Below, in pieces: positions 55,447-64,000 of a stretch of DNA of 64,000 nucleotides. The notes beneath the pieces were generated by a model. It was not told the DNA's origin. It did not search any database and saw only the letters and a list, made by a program, of their open reading frames with translations. A program made the translations under genes and the position numbers. Positions within the stretch are counted from its first letter, which is position 1. Each line of letters opens with the position of its first letter. The stretch is from an uncultured Methanoregulaceae archaeon. GTDB lineage: Archaea > Halobacteriota > Methanomicrobia > Methanomicrobiales > Methanospirillaceae. The stretch covers positions 480,001 to 544,000 of the forward strand of contig OY970343.1 in assembly GCA_963717525.1 (NCBI GenBank), read 5' to 3'.

Positions 55447-55472
55447 GATTCTGATACGATGACGGGACTTTT
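55447..55472 (+). mobile_element. Degenerate IS6-end-like motif
   Basis: GATTCTGATACGATGACGGGACTTTT, 21/26 to the 29371 end. Confidence 0.4.
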
Positions 55473-55586
55473 CACTTCTCAGGTTCCTTGGTGCACCCTA
55501 GGACTTTTTATAAGGGTATGTGACTTCATACCCCCTGAAGTTAATTCACGAAAACTACAATTGTTTAAAAAATAAAATAAAAATAT

Positions 55587-56015
55587 ATGGTGGGGACTGA
55601 AGAAGCACAATTTTTTATAGAAATATTTGCGAAGCCCACTATTTTTGTAAAACTTAAAAAATCCCTCAGGCGACTGTTTACAAGCAGTTCCGGGATTATC
55701 AATATGCGCAATCGCTTAATCAAAGAATATAAACTGCCGTTCACAGAACGCATAAAAATAGATTCTTTGGATTTTGAGGATTCCTGGTCTAAACAGATGA
55801 TTATCGATCATTTTGATGAGCGTATCAAAACATTACCTGAAGAGATGATACTGGATCTTTATGGGGATTATTTAAAATCAAAAACCATGAAAACCAAATC
55901 CGGAAGAGATGCTGTTAACAATTACATCTTGCATTTCCTCGAACTAAGCTATAACCTCGACACTTGGTTCAGTAAAGAAAAAATGGTCGCACGAAGTAAG
56001 AAAAAGCGATTCTGA
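55587..56015 (+). CDS. Hypothetical protein (AT-rich; start uncertain)
   Basis: 142-aa ORF in a low-GC segment. Confidence 0.5.
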   Translation: MVGTEEAQFFIEIFAKPTIFVKLKKSLRRLFTSSSGIINMRNRLIKEYKLPFTERIKIDSLDFEDSWSKQMIIDHFDERIKTLPEEMILDLYGDYLKSKTMKTKSGRDAVNNYILHFLELSYNLDTWFSKEKMVARSKKKRF

Positions 56016-56050
56016 TTTTGATTTATTTTACCGCCAGCCCGATCATCGGC

Positions 56051-56276
56051 TCCCCTCAGGTTGATCGGGATAGTTGCCATCTGTGCCGCCACCATCCAAC
56101 CGATTCCCTGATGCGGCCGGATATAATTGTAATACGTCAGCATCTTGGCGGCGAACTCATCAGCACCGACAACACTGTCGAAACTACGGGCACCTGGTGC
56201 ACTCCATGAATGTCCCGGTAAAGTGTTCGGGGATGCTATTTTTCGGCCTGGTTTTTAAATCCTTCAATCGGATATG
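56051..56276 (-). pseudogene. C-terminal remnant of a DDE (IS6-like) transposase
   Basis: HIRLKDLKTRPKNSIPEHFTGTF / RSFDS...YYNYIRPHQGIG...AQMA in two frames. Confidence 0.65.
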
Positions 56277-56352
56277 GGGGCTTTGGATGCATCCCGTAAC
56301 TTTTGATCTTTACACACGTACTGGTGCATGACGCACCTTAACTAAAAAGAGG

Positions 56353-56526
56353 TTACTTGGGTGGGGCAGCTTTTGTCTCACATTTCATTGCCATTTTGAT
56401 CCCAAGTATAATGATCAGGATACCGGCAACATCAAGGAAATATGCTGTGTACATACTCGCGAGTCCGCCCACCAAGAGACAGAGTCCGACTAAAACCAAT
56501 AATACTGCTGCAATTACTTTACTCAT
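56353..56526 (-). CDS. 57-aa two-TM microprotein
   Basis: GGAGG RBS; MSKVIAAVLLVLVGLCLLVGGLASMYTAYFLDVAGILIIILGIKMAMKCETKAAPPK. Confidence 0.7.
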   Translation of the reverse strand: MSKVIAAVLLVLVGLCLLVGGLASMYTAYFLDVAGILIIILGIKMAMKCETKAAPPK

Positions 56527-56943
56527 GTTAATGCCTCCAATTCAAACCAGTGGCAGCCCGGAACTTTCACAAGGGAGAAGTTCACAGGACAAGCTACCAG
56601 ACACGCATATGGATAGTCCTGTAGATAAAGATATGTCCGAATTTTTATATTTGAAAAATCGCGCGAAAGAAAAGAACCGGTGAAGGAAGATGGCATTTCT
56701 CTGAAATTTATGGTCATTATTCATAATCAGTCCCCCACGCAGCGACAACCGTATATTTTTTGGTTCGTAAAAACCATATTCGGGTGTCAGTATTGCCCCC
56801 TCTTCCCCTCCATGGGGCGGTGCGGCACCGGTCCTTCCAGAAAATCCCGGTGCCCCCTCGCGCTGACCCAGCAGCAGAGGCAGCCCTGATCATTCGGGCC
56901 GGACCGGAATAGACGTCCCCTCCCGGTATATCAGCAGGGAAAA

Positions 56944-57180
56944 TTACGCGATGTTCTTCTCGCTGGCCCGGATAATCTCAATGACCTGTTCAAGGATTGC
57001 CTGGCCTTCCGCGATCGTTGCAAAATTTTCCGTCGTGATCCCGGTCTGGACCGCCGACATCGCCGTGGTGATATATGCCATCAGGTTTACCGGCAGCGAC
57101 TCAAAACAGTCTTCAAGATCCATCTTATAGCGTTCCTTATTGATGCGCCGTGCCTCTTTCATGAGACTGGGGTAGTCCAT
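56944..57180 (-). CDS. Hypothetical helical protein (78 aa)
   Basis: Clean ORF with GAGGA RBS. Confidence 0.65.
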   Translation of the reverse strand: MDYPSLMKEARRINKERYKMDLEDCFESLPVNLMAYITTAMSAVQTGITTENFATIAEGQAILEQVIEIIRASEKNIA

Positions 57181-57393
57181 ACGCGTACTGTCCTCATCTC
57201 TTTTTGAGATGTCCCGGGTATTTATGCGTAGGGGAACGCGATCCCGGGGCGTCCTTGGCCGAAGGTCGTGGACGGGGCAATCCGGGCCGTACCAGGGAGA
57301 GGTCTGAGGCAGGGGGGATTGCGACTTGCCATCTCTTCCGGGTTTTGTGGCCCGTGCTCCACCGGTTTATTGTGTCGGACTGGGAGAAAGCGG

Positions 57394-59813
57394 TCAGGCT
57401 GCCGGGTTCTTCCGGACAAATGCTTCAAGCGCCTTGCGGAGTTCAGCGGTGCGTTCCCGGATCACGTCGAAGGATTTTCTTTGCCAGTAAATAAGATCCC
57501 GCAGCTCCTCTGCCTGCTTCACAATCCGGGCATCGAGCCTATGCTTTCCTTTCAGGGTACTCAACCTGGTTCACGAGGTTTACTGCCTCGTACAGGATGT
57601 CGCGCTTTCCTTTCGCGTACAGGAGATCCCAGGACTTCTGCTCGTGCCGTTCGAAATCCGTACCGTCGAGTGTACCTTTGACTTTCTCAAGCGCGGCGTC
57701 GAAATGCCGCCGGGTTATTTTAATGGATTCATCCGGCGTCTCATTGTCCTCCCCGGCACCATGATCGCCGGTCAGCTCATCGATCACGAGAGCCTTGGCT
57801 TCCCGTACCAGCCCTTCGAGATCAGCCCCGACAAAGAACCGGGTCTGTGCCGCGAGATCATCGATGTCCACTCCGGGGTCGAGGATACCGTCCAGGCTCC
57901 TGAGATAGGTGGCGAGGATAGCTTTCCGTGCCGCCTCGTCGGGTGGTGGGATGTACAGGTGTTTTTCCAGCCGGCCCGGGCGCAGGAGAGCCGGGTCGAG
58001 CAGGTCGGGACGATTGGTCGCTCCGATCACAAATACCTCCTTCAATTCTTCGACACCGTCGAGCTCGGTTAAAAACTGGGAAAGGACGCTTTCGGTGACA
58101 TGCGTAGAGTCGTTTACCGTGCCCCTTTTGGGGAAGAGCGCATCGATCTCGTCAAAGAAGATAATGCAGGGCGCGGACTGCCGCGCCTTCCGGAACGCCT
58201 CCCGCACATGCTTTTCTGAATCGCCTACGCCTTTTGCGAGGAGCTCCGGGCCTTTGACCGAGATGAAGTTGAGGTGGCGCTTGCTTGCGATGCCTTTCGC
58301 GAGCAGCGTCTTTCCTGTGCCCGGCGGACCAAAGAGCAGGATGCCTTTGGGGGATTTATAACTCAGTTTTTCAAAGATCCGGGGGTACCTGCAGCCGTCC
58401 CTCGATAATTTTGATGAGGGTGTCCTTGGTCTCATCGAGGCCCGCGATATCTTCCCACGCGACATCGGGGACCTCGATAAGGACCTCCCGCAGGGCGCTT
58501 GGCTGGACGATCTTCCGTGCGGCATCGAAGTCTCCTTTTGTGAGCCTGAGCTGGTCGATCACCTCGTTGGGGATCTCCTTGTCGATGTCGATAAGGGGGA
58601 TGATCTTCCGTATCGCGTTCATCGCTGCTTCTTTAACAAGAAGCGCGATATCGGCGCCGACAAACCCGAAGGTAGTCTCCGCAAGTGCTACGATATCCAC
58701 ATCCTTTGCCAGGGGCACGCCCCGGGTATGCACCTGGAAGATCTCGAGCCGGCCCTTCTTGTCGGGAATACCGATCTCGATCTCCCGGTCGAACCGCCCG
58801 CCCCTCCTGAGTGCCGGGTCGATGGAGTTGGGAAGGTTTGTCGCCGCAATCACGATGACCTGCCCCCGGCCGGCGAGCCCATCCATCAGGGCGAGCAGCT
58901 GCGCGACGATCCGGCGCTCCACCTCGCCCTGCACATCCTCGCGTTTCGGAGCGATCGCATCGATCTCATCGATGAAGATGATGGAGGGTGCATTCTCCTC
59001 CGCATCGTGGAACTTGTCACGCAGGGCTTTTTCACTGTCCCCGTAAAACTTGCTCATGATCTCAGGGCCCGAGAGCGAAAGGAAGTGGGCATCGACCTCG
59101 TTTGCCACAGCTTTTGCGATAAGCGTCTTTCCTGTGCCCGGTGGGCCATAGAAGAGGACACCCTTGGGGGGTTTGATCCCCAGTTTCTCAAAGATCTCCG
59201 GGTGGCGCAGCGGGAGCTCGATCATCTCCCGGACCAGCTGGAGTTCCCGTTCGAGCCCCCCGATATCCTCGTACTGGATCGTGGAGATCTCCCGTTTCCC
59301 CTCTTCCGGGTTAAAGGGCTCATCCTTGAGCTCGATCTCCGTGTCATCGGATACGATGGCGATGGCCCGGGGGGTGACCCGGACGATGACAAAAGTCACG
59401 GAATTGCCGATGATATCGACCCGCAGCGTCTGGCCCTCGACTACCGACCGCCCCCGCAGGACCCGGGAAAGGTACTGCTCTCCCCCCACGAGCCGGGTCG
59501 CTTGAGCCGGCTGGATCACCACTTTTGTGGCATATACGGCCTCGGATTTGCGGATCTTCACTTTCTCATCGATGCCGGCATTCGCGTTCGCCCGGATACT
59601 CCCGTCGATACGCAGGATGGCAAACCCGATATCCTCGGCAAAGCCCGGCCAGACGATCGCAGCCGCGTGCCGCTTCCCCACGATCTCGATGACGTCCCCG
59701 GAGACCAGGTTCAGTTTCTTCATCACGTCGACACTGAGCCTGGCTATGCCACGGCTGGCATCGTTATGCGCCGCCTCTTTGACTGTTACCTCGAAAAAAT
59801 CCGTCTCTGCCAT
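57394..59813 (-). CDS. cdc48: CDC48/VAT AAA ATPase; frameshifts near 58375 and 57545
   Basis: N domain, D1 GPPGTGKT, D2 [13 protein letters not shown]; tail ...VRKNPAA ends with a stop at 57394. Confidence 0.9.
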
Positions 59814-60029
59814 CAGGGCCCCGTACTCATTCTCATCCCTCTGGTTTGGTGCGGAGACCTATAAAAATACCAGTCAGGACAGCAGGATCCTCAAGGACCG
59901 GTGTGGCTGGATGAGTAGCAATAGCTTATTTTTCTAAAAACAATTTTACTTGTTTACATAACAAGCCAGATTTCGTCCATAAATGCAAAACCGAGCCTTT
60001 ATTTTGTCGTTTTGTGGTACTGGTAAGGT

Positions 60030-61307
60030 ATGAGTATCGTTGGTGATGCCAAACGCGGCATCGTAACAGATGAGATGAAACAGGTCGCACACCAGGAAGG
60101 AGTCACCGAGGACTTTGTCCGGCGCAGCGTTGCCGAAGGCCACATCGTGATCCCGGTCTCGCCCTACCGCAAGGTGAAGATCTGCGGCATCGGGGAAGGC
60201 CTCCGCACCAAGGTGAACGCCTCGATCGGGACCTCCACCGATATTGTGAATATCCCTGAAGAGATCGAGAAAGCACGGCAGGCCGAGCTTGCGGGCGCTG
60301 ACACCCTCATGGAACTCTCGACCGGCGGGGACTTTGCCGAGATCAGAAGACAGATCGTCGCCAATACCACGCTCTCCGTGGGGAGTGTCCCGCTGTACCA
60401 GGCTTTTATCGAGGCGGTCAAGAAGGACGGCGCAGTCGTCGACATGAAAGAGGACGACCTCTTCCGTATCACGGCAGAGCAGGCAAAACTCGGCACGAAC
60501 TTCATGGCGATCCATACCGGCATCAACTGGGAGACGGTCAAAAGGCTCCGCAACCAGGGCCGGCATGCCGGGCTCGTCTCCCGGGGCGGCGCGTTCATGA
60601 CCGCGTGGATGCTCCACAACGAAAAGGAGAACCCGCTCTACTCCGAGTTTGACTACCTTCTGGAGATCATGAAGGAGCACGAGGTCACGCTCTCGATGGG
60701 GAACGGCATGCGGGCAGGGGCCATCCACGATGCCACCGACAGGGCAGGCATCCAGGAACTCCTGATCAATGCCGAGCTCGCGGACAAGGCGCATGCGCAG
60801 GATGTTCAGGTGATCGTCGAAGGCCCGGGCCACGTGCCGATTGACGAGATCGCCACAAACGTCCAGCTCATGAAGCGGGTCACCAACAACAAGCCGTTCT
60901 ACATGCTCGGGCCGATCGTGACCGATATCGCGCCGGGCTACGATGACCGGGTCGCCGCTATCGGCGCAGCGATCTCATCATCGCTTGGTGCCGATTTTAT
61001 CTGCTACGTCACCCCTGCCGAGCACCTTGCGCTTCCCACTCCGGAAGAGGTGTTCGAGGGCGTTATCAGTTCGCGGATCGCCGCCCATGTCGGCGATATG
61101 ATAAAGCTCAAGAAGACCCGGGCGGCAGACCTCGAGATGGGTCACGCCCGGCGCGACCTCGATTGGGAACGCCAGTTCGCTGTCGCCATGAACCCGGCCC
61201 GGGCAAAAGAGATCCGTGCAGAGAGGATGCCGGCCGATACCGATGGCTGCACGATGTGCGGGGACTTCTGCGCCATCAAGATCGTCAACCGGTATTTCAA
61301 GTTCTAA
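60030..61307 (+). CDS. thiC: Phosphomethylpyrimidine synthase ThiC (or Bza paralog)
   Basis: KVNASIGTS, SRGG, EGPGH, YVTPAEHL, CTMCGDFC. Confidence 0.88.
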   Translation: MSIVGDAKRGIVTDEMKQVAHQEGVTEDFVRRSVAEGHIVIPVSPYRKVKICGIGEGLRTKVNASIGTSTDIVNIPEEIEKARQAELAGADTLMELSTGGDFAEIRRQIVANTTLSVGSVPLYQAFIEAVKKDGAVVDMKEDDLFRITAEQAKLGTNFMAIHTGINWETVKRLRNQGRHAGLVSRGGAFMTAWMLHNEKENPLYSEFDYLLEIMKEHEVTLSMGNGMRAGAIHDATDRAGIQELLINAELADKAHAQDVQVIVEGPGHVPIDEIATNVQLMKRVTNNKPFYMLGPIVTDIAPGYDDRVAAIGAAISSSLGADFICYVTPAEHLALPTPEEVFEGVISSRIAAHVGDMIKLKKTRAADLEMGHARRDLDWERQFAVAMNPARAKEIRAERMPADTDGCTMCGDFCAIKIVNRYFKF

Positions 61308-61392
61308 GATAATCCTTTTTTTTGACTGTCGTTTCCTGCAGATCGGATCATCTCTCTCCTCAACCACGCATGCTAAATAATCCCGTCTCACA

Positions 61393-62205
61393 ATGATCCC
61401 TAACGGTGATGCTATCAGGCTGAATTTTGGTGGTTTTCTCCCGCTCTCGACCGTGGACTGGCGGGGCCGGTCGGTCTGTACCGTCTTTTTCCGGGGCTGC
61501 CCGCTCCGGTGCTCGTACTGCCAGAACGCCGCGATCCTGACCGGTGAGGACCTGCGTGACACAGAGGAGATCATCGACCTGATCAAAGGCTCGAAGATCG
61601 CAGCGAACGGTGTGGTCTTCTCCGGGGGTGAGCCCACGATGCAGAAGGACGCGCTCCTGGTGCTCGCCCGCGCAGCAAAGGATCTCGGCCTTGTCGTGGG
61701 CATCCAGACCAACGGACTCTTCCCCGGTACGCTGGATGCGCTCATCCGGGAGCGGCTTTCAGACCGGATCGCCATCGATTACAAGACACAGTGGGAGGGC
61801 TTCTCCTGCGCAGGGAACAGTGCAGGGCTCTCGTCTGCAAATTACCGGAAGAACGTGCGGCAGTCGGTAGAGATCGCAGCCGGTGCGTTCCGGGAAAAAC
61901 GCCTTCCAGAGTTTGAGATCGTAGTAACCGTATTTTATGAGAATGCGAAATACTTACAGGAGATTTCACGCATGTTCGGCGACATCCCGCTCGTCCTCCA
62001 GCAGGGAGAGCATAAGATCCCGATGGTCCCGGGCGGGGTGACCAACGCGTCCGCCTACCTGGCAGAAAAACAGGCCGGCCTCGGGCAGTATACTCCTCTT
62101 TCCCTTGCAGAGATCAAAACGATCGCAGACGGGCTCAAGAGGGACGTCCGGATCCGGACCCGGGAGATCGGAGAGATAGTATATAACCGGAGGTATCTCC
62201 TGTGA
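61393..62205 (+). CDS. Anaerobic RNR activase-like radical SAM protein
   Basis: STVDW, GCPLRCSYCQN, SGGEPT, QTNG. Confidence 0.85.
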   Translation: MIPNGDAIRLNFGGFLPLSTVDWRGRSVCTVFFRGCPLRCSYCQNAAILTGEDLRDTEEIIDLIKGSKIAANGVVFSGGEPTMQKDALLVLARAAKDLGLVVGIQTNGLFPGTLDALIRERLSDRIAIDYKTQWEGFSCAGNSAGLSSANYRKNVRQSVEIAAGAFREKRLPEFEIVVTVFYENAKYLQEISRMFGDIPLVLQQGEHKIPMVPGGVTNASAYLAEKQAGLGQYTPLSLAEIKTIADGLKRDVRIRTREIGEIVYNRRYLL

Positions 62206-62750
62206 AAGTGATCGGAGTCGTCGGGCTTCCCGCAAGCGGTAAAGGAGAGTTTTCAAAGATAGCGGAGCGCCTGGGGATCCCGGTTGTTGTCATGGGCGAC
62301 GTGGTACGGAACGCCGTAAAAAAAGCCGGCCTCCCCCCAACCGATGGGAACCTTGGCGCGATGGCCAACCAGCTCCGTTCTGAACGCGGCATGGATGCGA
62401 TCGCCATTCTCTGCGTGGATACCATCCGGGAGCACAACGCCCCCCTCGTCCTCATCGACGGCATCCGGGGCGATGCTGAAGTCCGGGTCTTCCGGGACAA
62501 TTTCCCGGGTTTCCGACTCATAGCCATCGAGACTTCGTTTGAAAAAAGGCTTGCACGACTCTGCGAACGCAAACGCAGTGACGACGTGGGATCCGCAAGC
62601 GGGCTTGCGACCCGGGACGAGCGCGAGCTCGGATGGGGACTGGGCAACGCCCTGGAACTGGCAGATATCAGGCTCGACAATGACGGCAGCCTCGAAGAGT
62701 TTACCAAACGCGTGACAGAGCTGATCCGGAGCATGGAGCGTGATGCATGA
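62202..62750 (+). CDS. P-loop nucleoside/dephospho-CoA kinase-like protein (UPF0200)
   Basis: GLPASGKG, MGDVVR, IDGIR, RDERELGWG. Confidence 0.85.
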   Translation: MKVIGVVGLPASGKGEFSKIAERLGIPVVVMGDVVRNAVKKAGLPPTDGNLGAMANQLRSERGMDAIAILCVDTIREHNAPLVLIDGIRGDAEVRVFRDNFPGFRLIAIETSFEKRLARLCERKRSDDVGSASGLATRDERELGWGLGNALELADIRLDNDGSLEEFTKRVTELIRSMERDA

Positions 62751-63519
62751 CCCTTCGCCCGTATTTCTCTTCTTCGGCAAAGGTCTGGGACGATATCAGG
62801 TGGGTGTACGACATCGAGGAGGCCGGCTATGCCGGCTGGGAGATCGTCGCTGACGGCAACTACCGGTTCGAGCGGCCCGAAAACCTTGAGAAGATAAAAG
62901 AAGTGGTGGCAAGCACCCGGCTGGGCGTCACCGTGCATGCGCCCTACGGGGATCTCAACCTTGCGACCCTCAACGATCCGATCTGGCGCGAGTCCATCCG
63001 GCAGATCGAGGTTTGCATCGAAAAGGCAGGGGATCTCACTGACCGGGTCACGATCCACCCCGGTACCTCTCGCCGGCGGGCAAACTCCTTCCCCAGAAAG
63101 TCTGGGAACTCCAGAAAGAGGCCCTGCGCCGGATCGGGAAGTGTGCAGTGGAACACGGGGTACTTGCCTGCCTTGAGAACATGATCAGCCAGAAAGAATT
63201 CCTCTGCCGGGATGCCGGGGAGCTCATGGGGATGGCCGGCGGGATCGAGGGCATCGGTCTAACGTTCGATTTCGGGCACGCGAACACGGTGGGCAAGGTC
63301 CCCGAATTCCTTGCGCAGGTCGGCTCGGCTAACCACATTCATATCCATGACAACCACGGCGTCCTGGATGAACATCTCATGCTCGGTGCCGGGACCATCG
63401 ACTGGAAGACCGTTGGTGCAGCGATCGCCGCCAGGTACAGCGGTGTGGTCGTGATCGAAGGCCGTTCTGTTGAGGAAGCAAAGAAGAGCCTTGCCGTCTT
63501 TTCGGAGTGTTTTGTATGA
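62747..63519 (+). CDS. Sugar-phosphate isomerase/AP endonuclease 2 TIM barrel; frameshift near 63060
   Basis: VHAPYGDLN, IHPG, LENM, FDFGHA, HIHDNHG..DEH. Confidence 0.85.
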
Positions 63520-64000
63520 GCGGTGAGACCCTCCAGGTCTATTTCCTTGGCACGGCAGGGGCGCTCCCCACCCCGGTGCGCAACCCGCCCTGCATCATGA
63601 TCCGGCGCGGTACCGATACGATCCTCTTTGACTGCGGGGAAGGGGCGCAGCAGCAGATGATGCGGGCGCGGTGCGGGTTTACGGTCGATGCCATCTTCGT
63701 GACTCACTGGCACGCGGATCACTTCCTCGGGATCTTCGGCCTTGTCCAGACCATGTCGTTCAACGGCCGCACCGAACCGCTTACCCTCTACGGCCCTGTG
63801 TGGGTGCATGAGTGTGTCGAGACCATAAAAAAGATCGGACGGTTCAACCTCAAGTTCCCCCTCGATTCGGTCGAGCTATCGGAGGGATCATGGGTGCGCT
63901 TTAACGGTTACACGGTAACCGCGTTTGCCGCAAGCCACGGCCTGCCCGCACTTGGGTATGTGCTCGAAGAGGACCCGCGCCCGGGCCGGTTCGACCGCGA
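63516..64000 (+). CDS. rnz: Ribonuclease Z, 3' end outside window
   Basis: MSGETLQVYFLGTAGALPT..RN, FDCGEGAQ, THWHADH. Confidence 0.92.
   Translation, partial: MSGETLQVYFLGTAGALPTPVRNPPCIMIRRGTDTILFDCGEGAQQQMMRARCGFTVDAIFVTHWHADHFLGIFGLVQTMSFNGRTEPLTLYGPVWVHECVETIKKIGRFNLKFPLDSVELSEGSWVRFNGYTVTAFAASHGLPALGYVLEEDPRPGRFDR

Noticed and set aside
59814..60029. TPP riboswitch upstream of thiC
   Set aside because: No GCTGAGA or other TPP-aptamer core visible; the region is a short AT-rich divergent promoter

Overview
Archaeal chromosomal DNA, most likely from a Methanomicrobiales (Methanoregula-like) methanogen; this is inferred from TBP/TFB/Gar1/Lsm/CDC48 together with bacterial-type gyrase, ClpB and DnaK. 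Left to right: two ECF Ni/Co transporter sets with a divergent wHTH regulator and a His-rich CDF; gyrBA; an RLAN / ATP-grasp / GCS2 amidoligase operon with two small coupled ORFs; a gar1-tfb-tbp module next to a lone ORB-like box, an AT-hook protein and an M48-like peptidase; ADP-forming acyl-CoA synthetase; a REC-PAS-PAS-diadenylate cyclase; TFE-beta-like and Lsm genes; three FBP-metabolism genes; clpB; a complete NHEJ cluster (LigD-POL, Ku, LIG-PE); grpE-dnaK-dnaJ; a P3A H+-ATPase; ClC; cdc48; thiC; nrdG-like; rnz. Many conserved genes carry small indels, probably sequencing or assembly errors. No CRISPR, tRNA or rRNA was seen. The most interesting unannotated signals: (1) a C-terminal domain apparently shared by the cbi-locus regulator and the CbiO ATPase; (2) candidate peptide substrates inside the amidoligase operon; (3) a homologous promoter/leader shared by clpB and grpE-dnaK-dnaJ; (4) a family of IS6-end-like ~80-90 bp elements just 3' of genes; (5) an ORB-like box overlapping a promoter with no cdc6 nearby; (6) an FBP aldolase/phosphatase lacking its Schiff-base lysine. 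All assignments come from reading motifs by eye; no searches were run.
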